A stretch of DNA of 64,000 bases, from the IMG/VR virus record IMGVR_UViG_3300025924_000024, positions 1,707 to 65,706 of that record; one strand, 5' to 3'. Source of the DNA: a virus (lineage: Duplodnaviria; Caudoviricetes). Positions 27,731-38,121 of the stretch are shown here, in pieces (the stretch's first letter is position 1; each line of letters starts with the position of its first letter). The position numbers and the translations under genes were made by a program. Under the pieces are notes generated by a model, which did not search any database, was not told the DNA's origin, and was given only the letters and a program-made list of their open reading frames with translations.

Positions 27731-29095
27731 TTACTTCGGGCGCCGACCGCTGCGGCTCAGAGACCGCTTGCGTTCGGCACACATGGTCGACCAGCGGCCG
27801 AGCAGGACAGCGCGGTCCTCGGGGTCGAGATCTTCGCGGCCGGTCAGCGTCTCTTTGACCGTCGCCTGCATCGCGTCGACGTCCTCGGGCGTCTTGCAGC
27901 CCGGCAGGCCCTCATGGTCCTCGTTGAGCGAGGTGAGGTTTGCGAGCGCGGTGTCGAACAGGTGCTGGCGCTCTTCCTCGAGCGCAGCCGCCCGCTCGTG
28001 ACTGTCGACCGCGTCGCCGGCGTTTTGACCCGGCTGGACGACGACCGTCTCCGCCGGCGGAATTTGCCCGGCCACGGGCTCAGGCTTGGGCTCAGGCTTG
28101 GCTTCGGTCTTCCCGGCGCCGTTCGCCGCCTCAGTCTTGCCGCCGCCCTGTGCCGGCTCCGTGGCCGCGCCCTTGACGGTTTCGGATGCGGGCTTGTCAG
28201 ACTTGCCGTCGGCCTTTCCTTTTTCGCCCTCCGGCTTGTCTTTTCCGGTCTGACCGCCCTCGCCCTCGGCGAACGCCGGCCGTGACTGGCCGGCCTGAGC
28301 CGCGACCTCGGCCTTGGGCCAGATTTCATCGGCGGGCGCCATGCCATCCGTGACCGCCTGAATTTCGGAGATCGTCTTTGCGACGTCCTGAGCGGTGAAC
28401 TCGGCGATCTTTCGGCCGCGCAACGTCTCAATCCTCAACGGGTCAATGTCGAGTTCGGTCAGGCGCTGCGTGATGCGCTCGCGGTACCGCGGAAGGTTCT
28501 TGCTGATTTTCTCGATCAGCTCTTCGCGCGCGACGTCATAGGCAAAGTCCGTGAAGGTGCTCAGCGCATTGCAGATGACATTGCGCGCGGCCTTCGAGAC
28601 GGCAATCTGGAACACGATATCGAGCGCGCGGTCGGCGTCGAACTTGCTGCCGATGTTCTGATTTTTGCGCTGCTGAAACGGCCGCTCGAGGACGTAGCCG
28701 GTCTCCATGTCGTAAAACTGAGCATAGAAAATCCAGTGCGGGCCGAGATCGAACGCGCGCACCTTGACCGAGCAGTTCCCATAAATCCGGCTGACGGCGT
28801 TGGCGCATTTGATCGTGGGGCCGCTGATTTCGACCTTGCGGTTCTTCTTTCTGTCGTCGACCTCCCAGCTGTAGAAAAAGTCATCGCCGGCGGCGGTCGC
28901 CTCGGCGCGGATCATCTGCATCACGCGGCTGATATCGCGGCGCTGCTCGATCTTCATCGCGCCCTGCGGCCGCTCGTCCATGATCTGCTGGACGATCGCG
29001 GCCGGCAGCTGCGGCTCAGGCGCCTCGCGCGCGAACGCCTCCTTGAACGCGCCCTCGACGTCAGCGCTGCGGGAATCGGTTGTGGTCTTGGCCAT
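27731..29095 (-). CDS. Putative ssDNA-annealing/recombination protein with low-complexity C-terminus
   Basis: GPTIKCANAV.R.YGN...D.ETG...SKA.RN.I pattern seen in phage recombination loci; family not certain. Confidence 0.4.
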   Translation of the reverse strand: MAKTTTDSRSADVEGAFKEAFAREAPEPQLPAAIVQQIMDERPQGAMKIEQRRDISRVMQMIRAEATAAGDDFFYSWEVDDRKKNRKVEISGPTIKCANAVSRIYGNCSVKVRAFDLGPHWIFYAQFYDMETGYVLERPFQQRKNQNIGSKFDADRALDIVFQIAVSKAARNVICNALSTFTDFAYDVAREELIEKISKNLPRYRERITQRLTELDIDPLRIETLRGRKIAEFTAQDVAKTISEIQAVTDGMAPADEIWPKAEVAAQAGQSRPAFAEGEGGQTGKDKPEGEKGKADGKSDKPASETVKGAATEPAQGGGKTEAANGAGKTEAKPEPKPEPVAGQIPPAETVVVQPGQNAGDAVDSHERAAALEEERQHLFDTALANLTSLNEDHEGLPGCKTPEDVDAMQATVKETLTGREDLDPEDRAVLLGRWSTMCAERKRSLSRSGRRPK

Positions 29096-29110
29096 GTGTT
29101 TTTTCCTCTT

Positions 29111-29395
29111 TCAACTGTTGAGCGTTTGAGCGTCGCCGCCGCTCAGTTCGCGGCATTGCATCGATAGTGCCTGGTTGAAAAATATGAGCGCCTCGGCGGA
29201 CGGCGTCTCACCCTTCGGGCCCGACGTGCCGCTCAGGACGTGAGCGGTCACGATGCCGAGCGCGTTGAGCGCCGCGAGCACGTTCTCCTTGCCCTGACGG
29301 TTGCCGGCCATGTGACGCCGCACGACTGCGGAGAGCTCATGGACGAGCGGCATAACGTCATCGTTCGGCATCGGCGGTCTGTGCTCAGCCATCAC
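29111..29395 (-). CDS. Hypothetical protein
   Basis: Operon orientation. Confidence 0.45.
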   Translation of the reverse strand: MMAEHRPPMPNDDVMPLVHELSAVVRRHMAGNRQGKENVLAALNALGIVTAHVLSGTSGPKGETPSAEALIFFNQALSMQCRELSGGDAQTLNS

Positions 29396-30378
29396 CGCCT
29401 CACATTGGTCCGAAGGTTGATAAAGAACTCGACGCCGACGAGCGGCTGCTCCTTCTTGGCGATGCGCTTCTTGATATCGGTCGCGTTGACGCGGGCATAA
29501 TCGCGCAGCGCGGACTCAATGTGCTCGGTCTTGATGAAGGCCCACACCTGAGCGGGGTCGAATTTCGCTCTGTCGAAGTCTCGAAAGTCGACGAACTCCT
29601 GACCGCTCTGGATGGCGTTCGGCGATCGCTGGCGCGTCACGTCTGCGGCCTTGGCGCCGGCGTGCTTCGCGGCGCGGTGAGCCTCGGCGGATTTGTCGTC
29701 GGCGAGATCACGCGCGGCCCTGGCCCTGGCGTCTAGTTCGTCGGCCTTCTCGATCGCCTTGAACACCGCCTTGCCCGGCAGCTTCGGTTTCGCTGCAGCG
29801 CTCTTGTCCTTGGCCAGCTGACGGGCGCGGTCCTCGTCGATCTTGCGCTGAGCTTCCTCGCGGGCCTTGCGCGCTGCTTCGGCGGCTTTGCGCTCTTCCT
29901 CCCGGGCCTTGGCCTCTTCGTCCCGTTTTTTCTTGGCCTCGGCCTCACGCTTCTCGCGCTCCTGTCTGAGCACGGCCGCGTTGTACGCGGTCATCGGGAC
30001 CTCGACCGCCTTCTTGATCGCGTCGAGGTCATCTTTCGGCATGCCCAAGATGCCGCGCACCTGAGCCTGAGCCGTGCGGTATGGCGCGCCCTCAAGATCA
30101 TAGGCTGACGCGAGACGGGTGATCGCCTCCTGCAGCTGAGCCACGTACTCGGTCGACCGCTTGAGATCCGCCGGCGTCTCGCATTTCAGGAACGCGCCCT
30201 GCTTCTCGATCAGCTCTTTCGCGCGAGCGATCAACGTCGCGTAGTGGGTCTCGACCTTTTCCTGCAGTTCGGTCCCGACCGGCAGCCACTCGGGCCCCAT
30301 GTTGTGACCGATGCCGTGAGACGGCGCGACCACAACGACCTCGGAAAAGCCGTCGTCGAATCTGTCATCTTTGCCCAT
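29392..30378 (-). CDS. Coiled-coil protein (GIGHN motif), usually next to phage recombination genes
   Basis: Long Ala/Glu/Arg/Lys helix; start ATG 30378. Confidence 0.5.
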   Translation of the reverse strand: MGKDDRFDDGFSEVVVVAPSHGIGHNMGPEWLPVGTELQEKVETHYATLIARAKELIEKQGAFLKCETPADLKRSTEYVAQLQEAITRLASAYDLEGAPYRTAQAQVRGILGMPKDDLDAIKKAVEVPMTAYNAAVLRQEREKREAEAKKKRDEEAKAREEERKAAEAARKAREEAQRKIDEDRARQLAKDKSAAAKPKLPGKAVFKAIEKADELDARARAARDLADDKSAEAHRAAKHAGAKAADVTRQRSPNAIQSGQEFVDFRDFDRAKFDPAQVWAFIKTEHIESALRDYARVNATDIKKRIAKKEQPLVGVEFFINLRTNVRR

Positions 30379-31629
30379 TGACGTGCTCCTTGACCGCCGC
30401 CTCGAGCGTCTCGAAAAAATATTCGGATGACATGGTGCCGAGCCGACCCGAGAAACGGCTTTTGACCATCCAATAAGTGTCGTGCTCACGGTCAGCGACG
30501 GCGATCAGGTGAGCGTCGGTCACCTCGGCGCTCGAGCACGGCAACGATTCGGACGTAACGTCACGCGAGCGCCGCGGCGAGCCTTTCAGTTCGGTGCTAT
30601 CGAAAATCAGGATTCTCATTTGCGCCCTCGATTCTTCGGCCGCGCATTCTTGGTTCGCTTGCCGACCCACCGGTCAAGTTCGGTGGCGGACGCGACCAGC
30701 GCAGTCAGCGCGAGAGACGCGAACTTCGCCGTCTCAGCCAGCCGGTATGCCGACTCGGCCATCACCATCTGGGTGGTCATCAGGTGAGCGCGCGCAAACG
30801 CGACCGTGCCCGGCTTGACGGCCATGCGCGCCATGCGCGTGACGATCATGTCGTCCAGCTGGCGCTGCATGCGTTGCTCTTCCGTCTCAGGCGGTTTCTT
30901 TTTCGTCATCGTCAGTCGGTCTCCCTTTCGATTAGCAGTGACGTGTCCAAGTCGGCGGCAGCGAAGGCCACGACCGACTCCGGCGTGAAAAGCAACAGCG
31001 CTCGAGCAACGCTCGCCCGCTTAAAGTCTTTTGAGCGCGCCCAATGCTTGAGGCGACGCTCGACGGCCTCCCCTGACAGTTTCGGTCTGCGCTTTGCCAT
31101 CACTCGCGCCCCACGATCAGACCAACAGGGCCGAGGCAAAACGTGACGTCCTCAGAGTCCCAGCAGACGCCTATCGTCCAATTGCGCGGATTCCAGCAGA
31201 GCCACGTCCGTTTCGTCAGCTGCATGGTCACTCCTCCAGAATCGGCGTCTTGAGATGGTCGACCGGACGCCACGCGGCCTGATATTCCTCCGGCGCGTTG
31301 GCGCGTTGCCACGCCCGCAGCCGGGTCATGTATTCGAACTCGGTCTGCGTGATCGGGTACTGACAGAGCCGCGTCCATTCGGCCACCGGGTCTTTCGGCA
31401 CGCCGTCAATCTCACAGAGCAACACCTCGGGCGACGTCAACTCACCCGCGTCGTCGACCTCCTGCCTCAACCAGATCCGCGCCGGCACGAACGGCGCCTT
31501 GCGCGCGAGCCGCGCCTTGAAAAACCCGCACAGCGGTTCGTCCTCGTGGATCTGGACGTGCCACGCGCGGCCGGCGCACGCCTGCGCGTGCCAGGCGAAA
31601 GCGAGCGCGAGGTCAGACGGCTTTCGCAC
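30365..31629 (-). other. Small hypothetical ORFs (30365-~30620, 30616-30909, 30912-~31103, 31228-31629)
   Basis: Chained same-strand ORFs. Confidence 0.45.
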
Positions 31630-33259
31630 GGTCGACCTCCACGGGCTGAGGCCGACGCGCGCGCTCGAGTTCGGCCTTGATGCGCCGGCCGACCCACGCG
31701 ATCACCGGCACCGCCATGCTGTTTCCGAGTTCGCGGTACCGGAGGCTGTTGCTTGCCGGTTTCCCGCGCACAGGCACGAGCGTGTAATCGTCATCAAAGC
31801 CGAACAGCCGCTCCCACTCGCGCGGCGTCAGGCGGCGGACGACGGCGCCGGCGGCGCGCACCGGGTCCTGATCGCCTTTATCAGCGTCGGCGCTGAGACC
31901 GAACGCAACGTCCTGCGGCTTGCCGTCTTTGCCGCGCGTGAAATGGCTGGGCTTGAACATCACCGCCAGCTGACTGCCGCCGTTCGTGTTCGCCTGGTCG
32001 GCGTTCATCGCCCGCGCGGTCGGCGCGAGATCTTCGCAGGCATCGCCCGCGTCAGATTTGCAATTGAACACGAGCGGCCGGCTGTCCGTTCTCAGCGCCG
32101 GCGAGACGTCCGGGCTGGGCTGGGTCCGGTCGTTGGGTGCCGTGAGGTCTTTGCCGTTGACGACCGTCACACCTTCGAACAGCAGCGGGAGGCTCGAGCC
32201 GCTGAGCGTCGGCCCGGCGCCGTCGGCCGACGATGGACGGCTGCGGTTGTCGGGTGAGGTCAGCTGCACGGCGTCAGCGATCACGACGTGGCTGCTTGGG
32301 TCTTTCGCGCCCATGAGCGTGTCGACCTTGTCGCCAGTCGAATAACCGCCCTCGCTCGAGGTCACCCGAAAAGCCTCAACGAGCAGGTGCCCGTCTTTCG
32401 TGTTGCTGTCGACGCCCTTGGCATCGCGCTCCTGCAGCGCCCACGCGGCCTCAGGCGGCTCAACGATGAACGCGCCCTGCTGATCTAGGTCCGTCGTTCT
32501 GAAACCGCCCTGAGCGTTGCTTCCAAGTGTGCCGGCAACGTCTTCCCCCGCTTGACGGCGCGACGGAGGATTCCGCGACACGCCAGCCGGCTCAAATAAA
32601 ACTCGGGCGGGATCTGGCCCGTCTCTAAAACTGACGACAAGGAACACACGCTCGCGTCGTTGGGCCAGGCCGAAGTATTGAGCGTCCAAAACACGCCACG
32701 CGGCCCGCGCCAATGGTCCGGCAACCATACCCGCGTCGGGCCACCGTCCGCGTTGGAGTGGCGAAACGAGGGCGGCATCTGAGCCGACAAAGCCTGCAAG
32801 GAGACATCCGAAGGCGTTGTCGTCGGTGCTGAGGACGCCCGGGACGTTTTCCCAGCAGATAGTGAGTCCGCGTTTCCCGGCTCGAAGCCGTCGAGCGTCA
32901 ATTGCACGTGCAAGCCTCACAAATGAAAGGGCCAGGTTACCGCGGTCGTCGCTCAGGCTTAGACGTTTGCCAGCGACGCTGAAAGACTGACAGGGCGTGC
33001 CGCCGATCAAGAGCTCAGGCAGCGCGATACCGAGGCGCTCCATGTGCCGCACGCGCAGCGCCGAGAAGTCACCCCAAAGCGGCACCCATGATCTTGGCGC
33101 CGCGCCGGCGCGCGAGTCGAAGGCTCGCCACCGGTACTTCAGCAGCGCAACCGGGCCCGCGTCGATCTCGCTGAGCATGACCGGCTCGAAGCCGAGCGGC
33201 GTCAGCGCGCAAGACGCGGCCTCGATTCCCGAGCAGACGCTCATGAAGGGAATGGTCAT
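31613..33259 (-). CDS. DNA (cytosine-5) methyltransferase with a long variable region
   Basis: SVCSGIEA (I), GGTPCQSFS (IV), ENVPG (VI), QRRERVF (VIII), RRLTPRE.ERL.GF (IX), RY..LGNSMAVPV (X). Confidence 0.92.
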   Translation of the reverse strand: MTIPFMSVCSGIEAASCALTPLGFEPVMLSEIDAGPVALLKYRWRAFDSRAGAAPRSWVPLWGDFSALRVRHMERLGIALPELLIGGTPCQSFSVAGKRLSLSDDRGNLALSFVRLARAIDARRLRAGKRGLTICWENVPGVLSTDDNAFGCLLAGFVGSDAALVSPLQRGRWPDAGMVAGPLARAAWRVLDAQYFGLAQRRERVFLVVSFRDGPDPARVLFEPAGVSRNPPSRRQAGEDVAGTLGSNAQGGFRTTDLDQQGAFIVEPPEAAWALQERDAKGVDSNTKDGHLLVEAFRVTSSEGGYSTGDKVDTLMGAKDPSSHVVIADAVQLTSPDNRSRPSSADGAGPTLSGSSLPLLFEGVTVVNGKDLTAPNDRTQPSPDVSPALRTDSRPLVFNCKSDAGDACEDLAPTARAMNADQANTNGGSQLAVMFKPSHFTRGKDGKPQDVAFGLSADADKGDQDPVRAAGAVVRRLTPREWERLFGFDDDYTLVPVRGKPASNSLRYRELGNSMAVPVIAWVGRRIKAELERARRPQPVEVDRAKAV

Positions 33260-33261
33260 GC

Positions 33262-35443
33262 TCAGTCCGCCGTCGATTTTGCGAGATCACTCTCGCGGTA
33301 ACGCTTCGCTGCCCGGATCATCGACGCGCATGTGCGGCAGCTGATCTTGGGCTTCTTGGGGGGCAGCGCCACGACGCGTCCGACGCTTTCGTCATCGTCG
33401 ACGCTCACGCCGCAAAACGTGCCGTAATTTCCCGACACGTCGGTCGCGTGGATAAGCACGCCCTCTTCGTTCTTGACCGCAACGAACTCAGGTCTCGGCT
33501 TGCTCATGGGCGACCGTGCGCTTTCATTGCTTCGGCGATCGATGGGTAAACGTCAGAATGGTCCAGCTTGCCCGGGTCGAAATAGCCCAGCCGCTCAGCG
33601 ACCTGCATGATTTGATTCGGCTGACCGGCGCGGTGCAAGAGCGACATGAGCCCGGCACACTGCTGCGGGTGATCGCCGTGACCCGGGTGCTCGCCGCCCT
33701 CGTCGTCATAGGTCGCGCCGTCATAGTCGAGAGTCTTGTGACACTGAAATGCCGGGCCCGCGAAGATCTCCGCCAGCCGCGCTGGGTGAAGCTGAAATAG
33801 CTCGCCCTGGCCGAGCCGGAAGGGACAGGTCACGCAAGGGCGGGTCAGTTTGAACATCACGCAGCCCGCTTTTTCAAAAGGGCCGGGAGATTGGTTTCGA
33901 ATATCTCGAGCCAGCTGATCGCAAAAAAGCTGTAGCCCGCCTCGCCGTTCCACGCGGGGAATGGCCAGCGCTCTTTGTCGCTTTCGCCGACCTCGCCGAA
34001 CTCGTCGGCAATCGCGACCGTGACCTCGTCGAGGCGCTCCCGCATGGCGTCCGAGTCGGAGAACCACTCGCTGTCACCGCAGACCACATAATAATTCGGC
34101 CGATAGTTCGTCGGCGTGATCCCGAGCAAGTAATTCCCGTCGCCAAATTGCCGGGTGAGCAAGCGCGGCGTGACGAAGTGGGCTCTCGTCCACAACGTCC
34201 GCTTTTGCCGGCGCTCAATGCAAAGTCGTAGCGCGTCGATGCCGTCCATCGGTCAAATGATCTCCTGCGCAGGCCGCAACAGATAAGCGTTCGACGCGTC
34301 AGCGAAGCCGAAGTTCGACCGGCGATCGTGACCGTTCCACGCCAGCGGGTTGACTCGCGTGATCTCAGGAGGCCGCGCCATCGCGCTCGCGCTCAGCACC
34401 GCAATCTCGGCGCGCTGGTCAAGCCGCTGCAGCTGAGCAACGAGTTCGCCAACGGTCATCGACCGATAGGTCTGCTTGAAGGCGACGCTTTCCGTGCGCC
34501 GCGTCTCTGTGTTCGCGGCGCTCATTTTGCGTTCGGCTCCGCGAGATAGATCAGGCCGAGCAAGGAGCGGCCGTCGATCTCGACCGGCACGACCACGCCG
34601 GTCTGGAATTCGCCGGCGGGTTTCCAGATCTTCGCCATCACCTCGCGCTTGAGCTGAGCGAGATCATTGGCGTCGGGTATCAGCAATTCAGCGGGCACGG
34701 GTCTTCCTCCGGTTCGGCGCCTGACGCGCCAGTGACATGACGAATCGCACGACCTCCTCGACGTCGACGCCGGCGGCGAACTGATAGCGGCCGTCCTTAA
34801 GCGCCTTGGCGATCGGGTTGTCTTGTGGGTCCTGACCGCCGCCGAAAGTGCGGAATTTGCGGCCGACCTTTGCGGTGATCTCTTGAACGCGGGTCATCGG
34901 CGGCTCGTCTCCGTTGTGATGCGATAGGGATAGCTCTGACCGGCGTCGTTTGCGCCGCGCTGCATGTTCCGCATGTGCGCGACCGTGTAGGCGGTCTCGG
35001 CCGCGTTGCTGTCAGCGAAACCGAACGCTGGCTCCTTGAGCAGCGCGTCGACAATTTTCGGGCCGGCCTCTTTAGCCGGGAACGGCCCCACCATGCGGTC
35101 AGAGCCCTCGTTAAAAAAGCCTGCGGCCATCGTCCGCACGCCGTCTTGCTCAACGTAGATCAGGTCAAAGCGCATTTGTGTCTCTCTCCTCCTCAGCCCA
35201 CGACATGACCGTGATTCAGTTCGTCAGCGAGCGCCTTCAGCTTCTCGAGCAAAAGGCCGTGCTGGATATCGGTGTCGTCCAGCGCTGACGATTTCACATG
35301 CTGCGGCGCGTGAGCGATCGGCGTGCCGATTGAGCGAATCTCATGGATGACCACGGACCCGTCTGACCGCCACACGCATTCGAACCGCCACAAAAAATTG
35401 AGGTCGCCTGTGATCTCACGAACCGGTGTGATGCTGACTTCCA
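33262..35443 (-). other. Run of small hypothetical ORFs (33262-33507; 33504-33857 with CxxCPF/CH motifs; 33857-34249; 34253-34525; 34688-34897; 34894-35175; 35193-35443)
   Basis: Chained ORFs; no function recognised. Confidence 0.45.
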
Positions 35444-35455
35444 TGCCGCTCCTCC

Positions 35456-37201
35456 TCAGAGCCGATAGTGCTTGTCGACGAAGCCGAGTTCGGGGTCGCC
35501 GACGAGGCACCACCGAACCCAAGATTTGTGGTTTTCGTAATGACGCCAGTGGCCACGCCGGAAATGAAGCCGCGGACTCGCGTGCGTCCCGCGCTCGCCT
35601 TCGAAGTCCGGCAGCCGCTCAGGCCGCGTGCGCCGGGCCAGGTTGACGACGTGATAGTCGAGAATCGGAAGCTTGCCCTTGCGCTCGCGCGCCTTGTTGA
35701 GCTTCGCCGGCGCGCGGACGCACTCGGTGACAGCAACCTCGGCCTCGAGCGCGATGGCCATTGCGCGGATCTGTGAGATGCACAGCGCGAACACGGCGTC
35801 CGCGTCCTCATGACCCTTGCTCGCTGTCCACTTCCCGTGCGCGAACGTGTAGACACCCGTCAAACACCAGCCGGACGGCGCTTCGACACACATGAGCGCG
35901 GTCGATGGGCTATGGTCTTGGTGGGTTGCCACGCTGGCGATCACGCGGCTGCCTGAAATCCGAAACTCGAAAATGGTCTCGTCGTAGCTGAGCCTCCACT
36001 CGCCCGCGTCGAATTCCTGAGCCTTATCGAAGGCCGCTGCCCAATTGTGCTGGACAACAAACGTCGGAGACGCGGCGTCGAGGACGCTCTTGAACTCCGC
36101 CGGGAAGATCTCGTCCTTGTGGATCATGAGCACGTCGCGCTGACGGAACGCCTCCAGCAGCTTGTGAAAGCCGGTCTCGCCCAGCTTGTTGAGCTGAGGG
36201 GATTTGTTGAGGGCGTGAACGTGGTTGGCCGCGAGCGCGCAACGCTTGAGCCATTCGATCTCGGAGCGCGTGCCAGCGAGGCGCGACTCAATCTCGCCGA
36301 TTTGCAGGTCGAGAATCTTGACAGCGATGCGCGAGCCGGCGGCGATATCAGGGTGATCCCTGAGCGCCGAGACGGTGTCCCTGACGTCGCCCGGCTTCAT
36401 TGCGCTCGCGGCCTCGTCGATCAGGCGTTGGAAATCCTCACGCTCACACCGCGCGGTGCCATCCGCGACGTCGTGGAGCATTGCGCGCGATAAGCCGAGT
36501 TTGAGTTCCGCGCGCCGGTATGGGTCAGGACTGGCCGCGAACTTCTTTTGCAGCTGGCTCAGCACGGCAAAGCGCTTCGCGCCTGACAGGCCCGAGAGAT
36601 GTTCGGCCACCACACCAGCGATAGGTCTCACGCGCTCGTCACCCGGCGGGTACTCAGCCGCGCGTAGCGTGTTTGGCATGTCTCTGACCGCCTGATCGAT
36701 GGAGGCGGCGATAGCGCGGTCGGGCCCGGGCGGATAGAATTTGTGCGGCGGTGTTGAGCCGTCAGTGCCCTTGTATTTCCCCATCACCCGGTCGACGACA
36801 TCATTGTCGGTCTCGCCCGGGCGCCGCGCCTTATCGAGTTTCCGCGCAGTGTTTTTGCCTATCTTGATTTTGACCTTACCGTCGGGACCGGGCTTGCTAT
36901 CCCAAGACGTGTCCAGCGGTGGCGGCTGCCACTCTGACGTCGGGCCGCTTGGCGTGCCAAACACGCCGCCGTGCCAGCGCGGCTTGTTCTGATCGAGATC
37001 AAATCCCGGCGGCTCTTTGATAGGCCGGCCAGTGACGTGCGCGCCCTCGACGCGGCCGAACACCTGAGCGGCAACCGGGCCACCGAGCGACGATTGAATC
37101 GGGTCACGGCGCGCACGCCGTGTTGCGTCTCCCGCGCGCTCAGGGTCGTTTGTTTTGGGAGGCTCGGAGGCCATCATTCGTCCTCCGACGGCGGCGCGCA
37201 T
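35456..37201 (-). CDS. Multidomain hypothetical protein (RHH-like and HTH-like segments, C-terminal SPRLHFRRGHWR motif)
   Basis: 581-aa ORF, start uncertain; motifs read by eye. Confidence 0.55.
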   Translation of the reverse strand: MRAAVGGRMMASEPPKTNDPERAGDATRRARRDPIQSSLGGPVAAQVFGRVEGAHVTGRPIKEPPGFDLDQNKPRWHGGVFGTPSGPTSEWQPPPLDTSWDSKPGPDGKVKIKIGKNTARKLDKARRPGETDNDVVDRVMGKYKGTDGSTPPHKFYPPGPDRAIAASIDQAVRDMPNTLRAAEYPPGDERVRPIAGVVAEHLSGLSGAKRFAVLSQLQKKFAASPDPYRRAELKLGLSRAMLHDVADGTARCEREDFQRLIDEAASAMKPGDVRDTVSALRDHPDIAAGSRIAVKILDLQIGEIESRLAGTRSEIEWLKRCALAANHVHALNKSPQLNKLGETGFHKLLEAFRQRDVLMIHKDEIFPAEFKSVLDAASPTFVVQHNWAAAFDKAQEFDAGEWRLSYDETIFEFRISGSRVIASVATHQDHSPSTALMCVEAPSGWCLTGVYTFAHGKWTASKGHEDADAVFALCISQIRAMAIALEAEVAVTECVRAPAKLNKARERKGKLPILDYHVVNLARRTRPERLPDFEGERGTHASPRLHFRRGHWRHYENHKSWVRWCLVGDPELGFVDKHYRL

Positions 37202-37358
37202 GCGGCGGCAAGCTGACTCTCGATCAGTTTGATCTTGTCGCGCGTGATGCCGTCAGCGAACGCGCCCTGCCCGAAGCTGTTTTGCAGCGTGTTGAGTTCA
37301 TCCTCGAGACGGGCCACGTCTCTGACCGTGAGGCCGGTTCGCGGAAGCGGCGCTATCG

Positions 37359-37679
37359 TCATTTCAGGCGCTCGGCAATTTCGCCGCGCACGGCCTCGAC
37401 ATCGACTTCCCACGCCGCCTGCTCAGGGTTGTCGGCCTCGCCGCCCATCACGCCTTCGGCGGTCTCGAGCACAATGTCGCAACGCTTGAGGAGGACGTCG
37501 TCATGGCGGCCATTCCACCTGTTCGCCGCCTCTTGAACTCCGGCAAGGCCAGAGATGCTTGACGGCAGCGGACCATCGGCGCCGCAGGTATCGCACCTGA
37601 CCACGCCAACGATTCGCAAATCGGTGCCGCCGCAAAACGGGCACGGCCTCAGTGTCGGCTCGGTGATCTCGTCCGTCAT
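37359..37679 (-). CDS. lar: Lar-family restriction alleviation protein
   Basis: LRPCPFCGG...VRCDTCGADGP...EAANRWNGR. Confidence 0.75.
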   Translation of the reverse strand: MTDEITEPTLRPCPFCGGTDLRIVGVVRCDTCGADGPLPSSISGLAGVQEAANRWNGRHDDVLLKRCDIVLETAEGVMGGEADNPEQAAWEVDVEAVRGEIAERLK

Positions 37680-37966
37680 GGCGCAACCTTTCCGCACGTC
37701 TTGCGGTGCGCGTTGAGGAATTCGAACAGCGCAGGCCGGTTGACCTGACACCATTGCCGCCCGGGCCGCTTGCCCTCGGCCATGAGCCCCATCGGCATCT
37801 TGCCGCCGCACTGGACGACGTCGTTGAGCGCGGGCGTTTGGACCCTGACGAGATCTCCGCGCGTCTGACGGTTGAACTCGCCCCAAAGGTGGTGCCAGTG
37901 ATCGTCTGTGCAGGGTTTCTTTTCCGGCCCGTTATAAGGCTCGACCTTTCCGTGGATGATCGTCAT
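37676..37966 (-). CDS. Hypothetical protein
   Basis: ATGA-coupled to the pilin-like gene. Confidence 0.5.
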   Translation of the reverse strand: MTIIHGKVEPYNGPEKKPCTDDHWHHLWGEFNRQTRGDLVRVQTPALNDVVQCGGKMPMGLMAEGKRPGRQWCQVNRPALFEFLNAHRKTCGKVAP

Positions 37967-38121
37967 TTGCCGCACTCGTTGTGGTCAGCGGTCGGCGCGT
38001 GAGGGTTGAGCGTGTGGGCGATGGTCGAAAACGTGTGCTTGATCTCGCAGCCCGTATCCTTGACCGAGCCGAGGATGACGAGCGCGATCAGCGCGACGAT
38101 GATTCCGTATTCAATGTGCAT
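37963..38121 (-). CDS. Leaderless Flp/Fap (type IVb Tad) pilin-like peptide, 52 aa
   Basis: MHIEYGIIVALIALVILGSVKDTGCEIKHTFSTIAHTLNPHAPTADHNECGK; GGAGG 6 nt upstream; overlaps both neighbours. Confidence 0.7.
   Translation of the reverse strand: MHIEYGIIVALIALVILGSVKDTGCEIKHTFSTIAHTLNPHAPTADHNECGK

Noticed and set aside
28075-28105. GGCTCAGGCTTG tandem repeat
   Set aside because: Encodes a KPEPKPEP low-complexity linker.
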